Below are positions 1 through 11,040 of a stretch of DNA of 64,000 bases, piece by piece. How positions within the stretch are numbered: the first letter of the stretch is position 1; each line of letters starts with the position of its first letter. Source of the DNA: Octopus sinensis (lineage: Eukaryota); contig NC_043002.1 of assembly GCF_006345805.1 (NCBI RefSeq), forward strand, positions 84,258,001-84,322,000, written 5' to 3'. The notes beneath the pieces were generated by a model, which had not been told where the DNA came from, did not search any database, and worked only from the letters and a program-made list of their open reading frames with translations. The position numbers and the translations under genes were made by a program.

Positions 1-29
1 ATTTACACGATCCCGTGATATTCATGTTG

Positions 30-215
30 TTTAGTCCCAGGTCATCCCTGATCCAGCAGACCTGTGATCATATCAGTTGTTCCAATGGCACAGTGCAATC
101 AAGACCGCATTATTCAATAAGCAATCTCCCTTCCTTGTTTTCTAAGACAATAATATGGTATTTGAAAAAGATTTGGTTGCTATTTCTAGCATTTGAAGAG
201 ATCATGTAGGTTCCC
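30..215. repeat. Unclassified short dispersed repeat (family E)
   Basis: Shares motifs such as 'gatttggttgctatttctagca' with copies near 18500-18700, 38950-39140, 42930-43130, 49370-49620 and 52050-52110. Confidence 0.5.
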
Positions 216-573
216 TCAGTGGTTTATATGATATTTATATCTTTTTTGGAGGTATTACCATTGTAGGTGAAGTGAAATAGGCTTCACCTGAAATTGAAAC
301 CCTGATGCCAGGAGGTGAAATTCTTCCCATGCTTGCCTTGGGTTAACATAATGACATGGTGATTTAGAAAAAAATTTTTTAATGTACATGTAATAAATTC
401 TTCAAAAGATTATGTGCAAAAAAAAAAACACCAATATTATTAGGTGTACATGAGTTATAGTCATGTAGCTAGCTGTATGTATAGGTGTATGTAAACTTTT
501 TTCTATAGTTATATGTGGTGCTCCAGCAAGGCCGCAGTCAAATGACTGAAACAAATAAAAGAATATATATATA

Positions 574-1043
574 TCATCATCATCGTTTGACGTCCGCTTT
601 CCATGTTAGCATGGGTTGGACAATTTGACTGAGGTCTGGCGAACCAGATGGCTGCACCAGACTCCAATCTGATCTGGCAGAGTTTTTACAGCTGGATGCC
701 CTTCCTAATGCCAACCACTCCAAGAGTGTAGTGGGTGCTTTTATGTGCCACTGGCACGAGAGCCAGTCAGGTGGTACTGGCAGCGGCCACGCTCAAATGG
801 TGCTTTTTATGTGCCACCTGCACAGTCCAGTGGCACTGGCAACAACCTCGCTCGAATGTTGTTTTCACGTGCCACCAGCACAAGTGCCAGTTAGATGACA
901 CAGGTAATGCTCACGCTCGAATGGTGCTTTTTACGTGTCATTGGCACGGAGGCCAGTTTGTTGCTCTGGCAACGATCACGCTCGTATGGTACTCTTAGTA
1001 CTCCACTAGCACGAATGCCAGTCATCGAATTTGATTTCGATTT

Positions 1044-1046
<3 letters not shown>
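574..1046 (-). mobile_element. RTE LINE 3'UTR fragment (5'-truncated)
   Basis: Reverse complement of the RTE terminus 'ccaacccatgctagcatggaaagcggacgttaaa(cgat)(gat)n', plus GTGCC-nnn-GGCAC modules shared with the ORF-bearing copy at 1693-2590. Confidence 0.8.

Positions 1047-1092
<46 letters not shown>
1046..1092. repeat. (TA)n microsatellite
   Basis: Direct reading. Confidence 0.95.
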
Positions 1093-1094
<2 letters not shown>

Positions 1095-1309
1095 TTTACA
1101 TATACATACACGTACAAGATTCCTTACATCACACTCTAGCTCAAAGCAATCCTACCAAAAACATGCATTAATTTTCTTGACTAAAGGCGGTGCTCCAGCA
1201 TAGCCACAGTCAAATGACTAAAACCAGTAAAAGAGTAATATATAGATGGTGGTGTCCCAGCATGGCCACAGCTCGTGAGCTGAAACTAGATAAAATAAAA
1301 TAGAATAAA

Positions 1310-1565
1310 TAGACAAGGTTGTTTATGGAAGACCAGCAGTCGCCCATGCATACCAGCCTCCCCTCTCTATGTCACTGATGTTATCCATGGGAAAGGCAAA
1401 GGTTGATACAGCTTGGCACCAGTGACATCACAACTCATTTCAACAGCTGAGTGAACTGGAGCAATGTGAAATAAAGTGTTCTCAAGGACACAACACACAT
1501 CCTGGTCTGGGAATTGAACTCACTACCTTATGATTATAAGCTTGATGCTCTAACTACTGAGCCTT
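1310..1565 (-). mobile_element. tRNA-headed SINE (family B variant)
   Basis: Minus strand reads A-box-like 'ggctcagtagttagag' and B-box-like 'gagttcaattccc', then the central domain 'ccttgag...atttcacattgctccagttcactcagctg'. Confidence 0.7.
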
Positions 1566-1580
1566 GTACCTTGTTTACTT

Positions 1581-1583
<3 letters not shown>

Positions 1584-1632
<49 letters not shown>

Positions 1633-1643
1633 ATGTATGTATG

Positions 1644-1675
<32 letters not shown>

Positions 1676-1692
1676 TGTATGTATGTATGTGT
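1584..1692. repeat. (TA)n followed by (TATG)n microsatellite
   Basis: Direct reading. Confidence 0.95.
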
Positions 1693-2590
1693 ATCATCAT
1701 CATCGTCGTTTAACGTCCGTTCTCCATGCTAGCATGGGTTGGACGGTTCGACCGGGGTTCTGGGAAGCCAGAAGGCTGCACCAGGCTCCAGTCTAATTTG
1801 GCAATGTTTCTACAGCTGGATGCCCTTCCTAACGCCAACCACTCCGTGAGTGTAGTGGGTGCTTTTTACGTGCCACCTGCACAGGTGCCAGGCGGGGCTG
1901 GCAACGGCCACGATCAGATTGGTGTATTTTATGTGCCACCGGCACGGAAGCCAGTCGAGGCGGTGCTGGCATCGGCCACGAGTCGGATAGTGCTTTTTAC
2001 GTACCACCAGACCAGGGATCCTGGCTGGTTCAATTCGATTTCGATTTCGCTTGCCCCAACATGTCTTCACAAGCAAAGGGGGTTGGCATGGGTGCCTGTC
2101 GTACGGTCGCATTGGAGTATTTTACGTGCCACGGCCACGAGTCGGATAGTGCTTTTTACGTACCACCAGGCCAGGGATCCTGGCTGGTTCAATTCGGTTT
2201 CGATTTCGATTTCGATTTCGCTTGCCCCAACATGTCTTCGCAAGCATGGGGGGTTGGCATGGGTGTCTGTCGTCGGATGAGGTTCTATATCGACTTCGCT
2301 TGCCTCAACCGGTCTTTGTGTCCAAGGGAGGAAAGGCATTCATAAGTGGGCTGGGCTCACTTGTCCTGCCTGGTCTTCTCACGTACAGAATATTTCCAAA
2401 GGTCTCGGTCTCTGGTCATTTCCTCAGTGAGGCCTAAAGTTCGAAGGTCGTGCTTCACCACCTCGTCCCAGGTTTTCCTGGGTCTACCTCTTCCACGGGT
2501 TCCCTCAACTGCTAGGGATTGGCACTTTCTCACACACCTATCTTCATCCATTCTCGCCACATGACCATACCAGCGCAATCGTCTCTCTTG
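1693..2590 (-). mobile_element. 5'-truncated RTE-clade LINE: ORF C-terminus plus ~660-nt modular 3'UTR and (GAT)n tail
   Basis: Minus strand encodes QERRLRWYGHVARMDEDRCVRKCQSLAVEGTRGRGRPRKTWDEVVKHDLRTLGLTEEMTRDRDLWK (RTE C-terminal motifs LRWxGHVxRM and GRPRKTW); stop at 2357-2359, followed by the tandem-module 3'UTR. Confidence 0.9.
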
Positions 2591-2604
2591 ATAATATACA
2601 TATA

Positions 2605-2821
2605 TGTGTGTGTTTGTGTGTCTGTATTTGTACCCCCAGTATCGCTTGACAACTGATGCTGGTGTGTTTACGTCTCTGAAACTTAGTGGTTCAGCAAAAG
2701 AGACCAATAGAATAAGTACTAGGCTTACAAAGAATAAGTCCTGGGGTGGATTTGCTCGACTAAAGGCAATGCTCCAGCATAGCCACAGTCAAATGACTGA
2801 AACAAGTAAATAAGTAAAGAG
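2605..2821 (+). mobile_element. Octopod SINE family A, 3' half
   Basis: 'gatagaataagtactaggcttacaaagaataagtcctgggg...ccagcat.gccacagtcaaatgactgaaacaagtaaa' as in the full copies at 36486 and 51587. Confidence 0.85.
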
Positions 2822-2856
<35 letters not shown>

Positions 2857-3149
2857 TGTACTAAATACATATATATAGTCAGTGTAGTTATGTTAAGAAA
2901 GTCATTTTGCAACCATCTGGTTCTAGGTTCGTTCCCACTGTACAGCCCAACAGGCAAACATCTTCTGTAGTCATAGATTGACTAATACTTTGTGGGAGGA
3001 AGTTGATGTCAAGGAAACTATGGAAGCCCATCGTATATAGGTCTGTTTTACCCCTTTATGGTTTCTAGAATTAGCAGTTTGACAGAAACCAACATGCAGT
3101 CTAATAACTGAAACTAATAAAATAATTGTGTACGTGGTGTATTGATATA

Positions 3150-5494
3150 AAGTATACAAGTATGTAATGTGTGCGTGGGTATGTCGCATGCGCGCGCGCA
3201 ATGTGGTTCAGAACTATCTTATGTCTGGTTTTGAAGATCCTGTTAAATTTCCACTTTACTGGAGTGTCCGACTTGTAGTAGTCAGCTGAGATGTTGCTAA
3301 CTTGCTCATCGATCCACATACATCTATGCTCTTCACCCCTTTGCCATGAAATAGTATCATCCATATGGTGTGATCACCCTCTCACTATCAGTCACATACA
3401 CTCATGCACTAATCTCTCTTTCTCTTTCACCGTTCTCTCTCTCTATCTCTCTGTATCTGTCTCATATTCACGTTCTTTCTGTTTCTTATAGTGCCTGTCT
3501 CTCTCTATCTGTCTCTTTCCTTCATTGCGTTTATCAGTTTTCACTCGGCACACGGTCGCTTTCGACACGCCGAGCGTTTTCTGATTCCTTGATTTACAAA
3601 CGGTGACTTGTATATTTGTACATACATGTGTATATATATATATATATATATTTCTATCATAATACCAAGAAGACAGAAAGAAAACAAGTTGGACATTCAT
3701 ACATTTTAAAGCAATCCTAACGGGAAAGAAAAAAAAAACTAACGAAACATTTAATTTTGCTCCGGAATTTGGATATATATGTACTGTATAAATATAAATA
3801 CATATATCCTTAGAGGAATTACCGATTTTCTTCATCTCTAAACCATTTGGACACTGTCTACTTTCTTTTACATTCTTGTTGTTGTAAACACTTCTGATAA
3901 TTTATGTATAATTTTGGACCTGGTATGTTTAATTAAACATATCTCAGAAATTAATACTTTTAAGAACAGAAGACAACAACAGAAATACAAGATCGCTTTA
4001 CTGTGTGATTATTATATGAAGTTTTGCTTTGGTCATAATTTTTTTGGCAGAAGATCGGATTTGTGCCGAGTTGGAGGAAGACACAACATATCAGCTTCTA
4101 CATACTTACGCTTTAAAAAAGACTTTTTGAGGAATTCATTCATTTGAAAATTTTCCTCTCACTATTTCATCGGAATTATTTACCCGTCGTTTTCTGTTTT
4201 TTAAACTTTATTTTGTTAAATTGTCAAAAGAACTAGGATTTTTCATATTGTGCGTGTGTGTTGCTGCTGTTTTGTTTCGCGACTTCTCTACAATTTAATG
4301 TATAGTTTTGATCCATCGACGAAAATAATACACGAACATATTTTTTAAGAATATTAACATTTTCTTTTCCTCACATCTCGAGCAATTTACAGACATACAC
4401 TCATCTGTGATGTTATATCATATTTTAAGATCTCTTTCACGGAAAGACCCTATCTTGTATTAATATTCAGTCAAGCAGAATATCGCTCCTTTCTGATATT
4501 TTTATTGATTATTGTTGTTATTTGTGTTTGAATAAGAAAACATTTATTTCCCTCTAAGTGGTGGACAATCCCCCGCCGGCTATCCAATAACATCATTGCC
4601 ACCCACACTATCACTGTCTGTCGTCATCATCTTCGTCTATAACAACATCTTCGTTACCGAAATACATTAGTAGTAGCAGACACAATCATTTCATTCATTC
4701 ATTCATTGCCACTTCTACTAGTAGGATTGGTTTTGGTTGGCTGCTATTACCGTTAGTAGTAATAGAACTGATACAACCAATTACTACTGTAGTAGTATTA
4801 TTCGTGTCTTTTATATTCTCCTTCCAATGAACCCGTTCACCCTGTGTCCTTGGACTCAAAATTCCAGGTGGGGTTCAATGTTATATTAACTTTTGCCGAC
4901 ATAGACCATCGCCAGTTACCTTGGATTCCGGTCATACATCAATATCTGTTCTATGCTATTTCGTTCCACCATTTTCGTTCCACTGTCTTTAGAAATCCAT
5001 TCTATTCTTGCATTTCTATTTATAGACATTTATTACCTTTAGCTCTCTCTCTCCCCCTCATTTAAAATTCTTGGTCAACAACATTTTATCCGTCGCACGA
5101 CAACCAGCTTTCTCATTTCCTCCATCATGTAAAATTTAACTTTCACATTACATTGACACTATAATTTAAAATAACTTATCCTTCCGTAACGTTAGAATTC
5201 GTTTTAACATTTGCCACTGCCATTATTTATGTACTTTAATATATTAATTTATATTCCTTATTCAATGAAATGTCATCGTAGATCATAATTTCAAAGCACC
5301 CCAAAACTAGTTTACATTAATGTCTAGATGACCTTCTCCGACACTCCATTTATACGTACATTTTTATTATTTGTCACCTTATAAAATTATATTTTTATGG
5401 CACCTTGTCGCTTTTTAGTGTTGTCTAGTAGTCGTAGTCACCATCTAATTTCGTGTCATTTGAAATGCATTCCGTCCACCTTCCTATTGATTAG
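3150..5494 (+). promoter_or_regulatory. Candidate promoter / 5'UTR region for the long-exon PISD isoform
   Basis: Free of SINE/LINE copies, with visibly more CpG than the flanking DNA; NRF1-like 'cgcatgcgc' at 3185-3193, GC box 'ccccgcc' at 4571-4577, CCAAT at 4584-4588; lies directly upstream of the 380-codon exon. Confidence 0.4.
3904..3922 (+). CDS. Possible upstream PISD micro-exon (MYNFGP + G), coding part only
   Basis: ATG at 3904 preceded by in-frame TAA; donor CTG|GTATGT at 3923 (phase 1) is frame-compatible with acceptor ttag|G at 5494/5495, giving MYNFGPGWIMLTAVL... Confidence 0.35.
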
Positions 5495-5502
5495 GTTGGA
5501 TA

Positions 5503-6642
5503 ATGTTAACTGCTGTTCTGGTGCTAGTCTGTGAATCTTGGAATCATGCTGTTTTTGTGTACACAACACTTGCCTTAGTTTTGTTAATTAGCCGCTATGG
5601 CACTGTTCTCACTCGTCTGATACTCTTTCAAACCTGGTGGAACAACAAGAATATTATCAACGCACACTCCTCCTCCGTTGGCAAAACACATTTAAAGGTA
5701 CCTGGCTCAACTTACAACAAGTGGACCACATCATCTGCTCAAACAGAATCATCAACTGAAACCTTATCCTCTGAGACTGATCAAAGAGAGGTTAAAACAG
5801 AATTAGCAAATAAATATTTATCAAATTGCTTTAAAAAGTTGGGACTAAGAAAAGAATTTTACAAGACAAAAATGTTACTGGAAAATATCCTTATTCAAGA
5901 TTCTATGCTGTTTGGCAAAATCTTTTCTAAAGATAAACCAGAACTAGATGAGCCATCTGCAGAAATGGTAGCTAATCTACCATCTATAATTATTGATCAT
6001 GACAATGATCTCTTTTTTGAACATTTATCAGCATTTACTCAAATGGTGAACAAAGAAACTGATTGGTTTCAGCATCATTCTAGTGAACCACAACTATCCT
6101 GCTCCTCTTCTTCCTCCTCCTCTTTATCATCTCAGTGGCTAGGGGCACTTAATGGTGATGACTCCTTTTATGAGAGGCTTCCAGCTTCACTACCATCTAC
6201 ACCTTTACGCCAGCGCTTGGCTAATTCCCTAGATTCAGTTGGAAACTCTGTCTTCTCTTCATCATCTTCACCCCTTACAAGCTGCAGTGAAGAGGACATT
6301 AAAATTCTACAACAGCAATATATAGCTGCTTGTCTGGAAAAAAAATTGAAAGATCTCCATAAACAGTCGAAAGAGAACTCTGAGTATCAGCTTGGAGACC
6401 GTAACAACAATGGCAGTGTTGTTAGCTCTAACAATTTCTGCACCAAACCAGAACAACCCTCAAGTGATAGTAATAACTCCTTGTGTAACCATTCCTCATG
6501 TCAGAAGCACAGGAAGTGCTGCTGTCCAAATGCCAATTATTCAACTTCACAAGAACTTCAATCACCCCATCACAATTCTCCACCAAAAAAAATGAAGATC
6601 AATAAAAAACTTAGGAACCCTTTAAAGAAAATTAACAAAACG
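5503..6642 (+). CDS. PISD: Large unique coding exon (380 codons), putative alternative first exon of PISD
   Basis: Only long non-repetitive ORF in the window. Hydrophobic N-terminus, Ser-rich middle, Cys cluster, polybasic end. Ends ACG|GTATGT (phase-0 donor) two codons before a stop, matching the phase-0 acceptor at 38422. Linkage to PISD is inferred, not shown. Confidence 0.65.
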
Positions 6643-6725
6643 GTATGTTGATTATTTTTGTAAATAATGAGAGAAAAAATTTCATTTTTAGTTATCAAAA
6701 TTTTGTCTATTCTGATTTAATTTAA

Positions 6726-6897
6726 CCTTTTTGATACTAATCTACCTGAGACTGCCCTGATAGTTCAAATTTCATTTTAGTTTGTGTTCTAAATGCTAGC
6801 TTAATACTGATAAAGTGATTTTACTAAATTCTTCATTATTTGCAAAATTTATTGAAATAAAGGCAGTATATTTCAATAGAATACTGTAACAAAAGGG
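6726..6897. mobile_element. piggyBac-type MITE (172 bp)
   Basis: TTAA at 6722-6725 and 6898-6901; imperfect 12-bp TIRs cctttttgatac / gtaacaaaaggg. Confidence 0.65.
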
Positions 6898-7233
6898 TTA
6901 AATTTTGACTCAAAACTTATTCACTATTTATATATGTTTGGACAATCGCATTGCAATTTAACAATTCTGTTTATATTGGTTTTTGTTTCATTTATCCCTT
7001 CATTTTATAGTTCCGTTATAATTAAGTTCCTTATGTTTTTATGACATATATTCAAAGCTGATGACATACACCTGTTACTTCTCAGTTTCTTGCAATGTAT
7101 GATCCATTTATCTTCAGATCAGCCATAACAAGAATCTGAGTAGTGACCAAGTGGATTATCAGCTTTGAATAAATCCAGTGAATAAGCAAACTATTACTCC
7201 ATGTATTTTGTACTTTTTCCCCCGTTTGCACAT

Positions 7234-7264
<31 letters not shown>

Positions 7265-7266
<2 letters not shown>

Positions 7267-7401
7267 CATAAGAAGGGCATCCAGCCTTAGAAACCATGCC
7301 ATATCAGACTGGAACCTGGTGCACCCTCTGGCTTACCAGTTCCAGTCAAATCATCTAACCCATGCCAGCATAGAAAGTGAATGTTAAATGATGATGATGA
7401 T
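7265..7401 (+). mobile_element. RTE LINE 3' end fragment
   Basis: 'aagggcatccagc...aacccatgccagcat...gttaaatgatgatgatgat'. Confidence 0.8.
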
Positions 7402-7637
7402 ATATATATACATACACACACACACATGATGAGTATATAGGAATAGATTATCCAGGCAGATACCATAATATAACTCTCAGGTATAGTCTAGGTTATGGCT
7501 AACCGCATCAAGTAGTAAGAAACACCAAGGATTGCTTAAGGTGAACAATCCAACTGTAATTCTTCCGATAGGTAAATTCGATATTGCTTCATGGGATTAT
7601 GAATATGTGTGTGTGTGTGTTTCGAAATATATATATG

Positions 7638-7942
7638 TATCATTATCATCATCATCATCATCATAGTTTAATGTCCACTTTCCATGCTAGCATGGGTTGG
7701 AGATTTGACTGAGGACTGGCGAACCAGATGGCTGCACCAGGCTCCAATCTTGATCTGGCAGAGTTTCTACAGTTGGATGCCCTTTCTAATGCCAGCTACT
7801 CCTAGAGTATAATGGGTGCTTTTACGTGCCACTGGCACGAGGGCCAGTTAGGCAGTACTGGCAATGGCCATACTCAAATGGTGTATTTTACATGCCGCCT
7901 GCACAGGAGCCAGTCCGATGGCACTGGCAACGACCGCTGATG
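7638..7942 (-). mobile_element. RTE LINE 3'UTR fragment
   Basis: (CAT)n followed by the reverse complement of the RTE terminus and hairpin modules. Confidence 0.8.
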
Positions 7943-8769
7943 CATATATGTAGATATATAACGTTCTGTTTCTCTGTACTGTACTATAACAGAAGGGATA
8001 AATTTGTTTTCCTCTAGCAGGACATCTGTAGGTTGGTTGAAGCAACATAATGATCTTCAGATATAATAAAAATAACATTTATACAATAGTAGAAACTGAC
8101 CTATTTCCAGTCTTCCTTTGTGCAGCATATCAGCTCCTTTTGAGCTGCCACTTCCCACAGATAACAATAAAAGATCTTTGAGAGCATCTTACACATCTTG
8201 GCACACTAGGTGAACTTACCTTCATTGTTTGATTAATATAGTCTAAGCTGTGGCTGTTTTTTGTTGGGGATTTTTAGCCCAAATTTCTCCCTAAAATACC
8301 ATCTGTATTTTAACTCTTTAACTGTGAAATTAGATTTCATGTTTATTCCTGTAATAATGTTAAAAATCTACCAAAAAATATATTGTTATTTTCTGCAAGT
8401 CACGTTGCCTCAATAAACTTGACACGTCTCAACAAATAATAGTTTCAAACATAGTATTCCTCAACAAAAGATAGAGTGGTTTATTAAAAATGCTCTCCAC
8501 ACTCAGTTCACAGTTACAATATGGAAGCTCCCTAGTAAGCTCTTACGGCAATCTGTTTCTAGTGTTATGTATCTTGATGGAGATAGCTGTGATACTGGAG
8601 ACTATTCTATATGGAACCAGCTTGGTCTATTTTTACAAGCTTTCCAGTATACATAAATTCTACAGCAATCCCATAGGTTATCTGTGGCAGTGGTGAATTT
8701 ATAATAATGAAGGAATCAATATCTGAATTGTAACAGCTGAAAGGTTCACAGCCTGGAGTATGTTTTTAA

Positions 8770-8988
8770 CCCTTTAGTGTTCTGATTATTCTATCAAAGA
8801 TAATACTTATTGATTCACATTGATTTGAATTAATCATGCATTATCTCATATCGTCAAGAGCTTGATGGTGTAATTACTTAATGTAGATTAACATTGTAGG
8901 GTAGGTGTGAGAGCCTGGATCTGGTCAGTTTGAACATAAAACAGATTAAATATTTTGGCCGGATATGGTCGGTTTAAATACTAAAGGG
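8770..8988. mobile_element. piggyBac-type MITE (219 bp)
   Basis: TTAA|ccctttagt ... actaaaggg|TTAA (TSD 8766-8769 and 8989-8992); related copies at 21568, 50507, 53545, 61081. Confidence 0.8.
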
Positions 8989-9156
8989 TTAAAATATTAG
9001 ATGACAATCCCAACAAAGATAGTGTTTTGTATTTTTAAAAAAGAATTGTATTGGGATATTTATTTAATAGTGACGAAATTATACTCTCACAGCTTTAGTA
9101 ATGTCAAAAGCTTCTAACTGGTGGTGGTTAAATTTTGAATAATAATAATCCTTTCT

Positions 9157-9320
9157 ACTATAGGCACAAGACCTGAAATTTTGAGGGAGGGGACTAGCTG
9201 ATTACTTTGACTCCAGTGGTGCTTAACTTATCGACTCCCAAAACGCGAAAGGCTTGGAACAGGCAAAATACCACTATGCACTTCATCCAGCATGCTAAGA
9301 ATTCTGCCATCTTGCCACCT
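9157..9320 (-). mobile_element. SINE family C, diverged
   Basis: Reverse complement resembles the 'aaggcggcgagctggcagaa' head of the 46684 copy. Confidence 0.6.
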
Positions 9321-10233
9321 TAATTATAATAATAATAGATCTTCCCTTTTGTCAACTTATATTGGGTATCATAACATGCACCAACCATCCTACTAATTAT
9401 TTAATTTATTACTTTCAAAACCAAACAAAAAAAAGCTTGTTGGGATTGATCCCTCCATGGCGTTGGCATCATGCAAGTCATTTCTGTTGTTGTAATTGTA
9501 CAACAGTAACAACTTTTGTTCACTTTCAAATTGTATTTATAACCTGATCATTTTCCACCTACAGTAATTCTTTATTTAAACACCTGCTTCATACGGTGAT
9601 GTATCGATTTAAGTGGATGTATATTGTAGTATGTTATTAAAAATGTATGTGAGTATTTAGGACAATAATACTCTAGACACTTATAACCACTTTGTAGTAT
9701 GTAGTTTGAAGAGTTTTCATAAGTCCACTTAAGTCAATATTTAATTAAACCCTCTTGGCATATGATAACTTCATAGAAGTAACCAGCATCACAAATTCTT
9801 ATTAGAATGGATTTATAGCAGCAATTAGACAGACATATAAGCAAAATATTGGTCACTACTTTCCATAAGGAAAATAAAACTGGTACATATTGTCTTTGAG
9901 ACAGTTTGTCTTATTAATATGTCCATCCTTCTTAAAACTAGGGTGCAAATTGAAGATATGGATACTATTCCTTGTCCATCTGACCCTGTAGAGGCTCTCT
10001 AGTTGGCTCACTGATAGTCTAGATCAAGCACGGGTAACCTTTTTTGTGAAGAGTTGCATGTGACCTGGTTCATCATCAGGCAGGCCTCACTTTTAAAATA
10101 GTTCAAGGTAATTTTTCATTAGATGTGCCATTCAGAAAGTCCCACAGGCTACAATTTCCCCATGGTTGATCTAGATATGGTCCTAGATTTTGTCCTTCCA
10201 TTGATTCCAAATTATCATAGTGTCATCTTTATA

Positions 10234-10480
10234 TGGTGAAAGCATGTGGCTAAGTGGTTAGGGTGTTGCACTCATGATTGTAAGATTGTGGTTTCTATTC
10301 CTGGACCGGTTGATGTAGTATGTTCTTGAGCACAACACTTCATTTCACATTGCTCCAGTCTTCTCAGCTAGCAAAAAAACAAGTAATCCTGTGATAGACA
10401 AGCATTCCTCTAAATGGGGAATATATACACCACAGAAACCAGGAAAGAGCCTTCATGGACCTATGTCATGGGAAAGACCT
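10234..10480 (+). mobile_element. SINE family B
   Basis: tRNA-like head and 'cttgagc...cttcatttcacattgctccagtc..ctcagct' domain as at 29395. Confidence 0.7.
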
Positions 10481-10929
10481 TCGATCCATCTTTACTTGAT
10501 AAAGTTATGTTAATCTCTGCTTTGTGACTACAAGCATTATTTGATACAGAGCATTGATTATTTGAATTACTTTACATTGCAGAGCATAGCAGTAAGGATG
10601 CTCTTTTTAGACTAATGCTCATTTGTTTTGCTGGTGAGCATTCTCTGTTTTGTGGATAAGGATTAATTCAAATAAAGCAGAGAGATTAGTAATAGGCAAT
10701 TTATTTAAATACACACTGATTCACTTGCATTGACTATATGGTAGCAAGGTGTGTTCAGACTTATCTTAAAAGAATAAATATGATATTATTGAACTATTGT
10801 TACTATTGTACCAGTTTCTTCCCATTAGTTTTAGGTTTGGTCCCATTGCATAGCACTTTGGGTAAATGTCTGACCAGAGTTTTGTGAGTGGATTTAAACT
10901 GAAACTAAAAGAAGCTTTTAAACATTCGA

Positions 10930-11040
10930 GCGAGGTTGTTGCCAGTGCCGCTGGACTGGCTCCTGTGCAGGTGGCACATAAAAAGCACTATTTGAGTGTG
11001 GCCGTTGCCAGTATCGCCTCACTGACCGAGTTATGCAAAA
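10930..11040 (+). mobile_element. RTE 3'UTR internal module fragment
   Basis: 'ggtggcacataaaaagcac...gtggccgttgccag' modules. Confidence 0.65.

Noticed and set aside
1726-2345. ORFs of 70-184 aa here and at 735-1203, 18938-19344, 30758-32654, 47696-48189, 50495-50922
   Set aside because: They are incidental open frames in GC-richer RTE 3'UTR modules on both strands, with no protein family signature
5990-6180. FFAT-like motifs in the long exon (DNDLFFEHLS, DDSFYERL)
   Set aside because: Position 5 of the FFAT core (normally Ala or Cys) is His or Arg; too weak to claim VAP binding
8150-8300. Minus-strand exon candidate with a strong AAG|GTAAGT donor near 8220
   Set aside because: The 71-nt candidate exon has stops in all three frames and no partner exons were found
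8490-8696. Hydrophobic ORF as the missing mitochondrial PISD exon (also 18381-18593)
   Set aside because: No similarity to PISD N-termini and no suitable phase-0 donor; 18381-18593 runs into repeat family E
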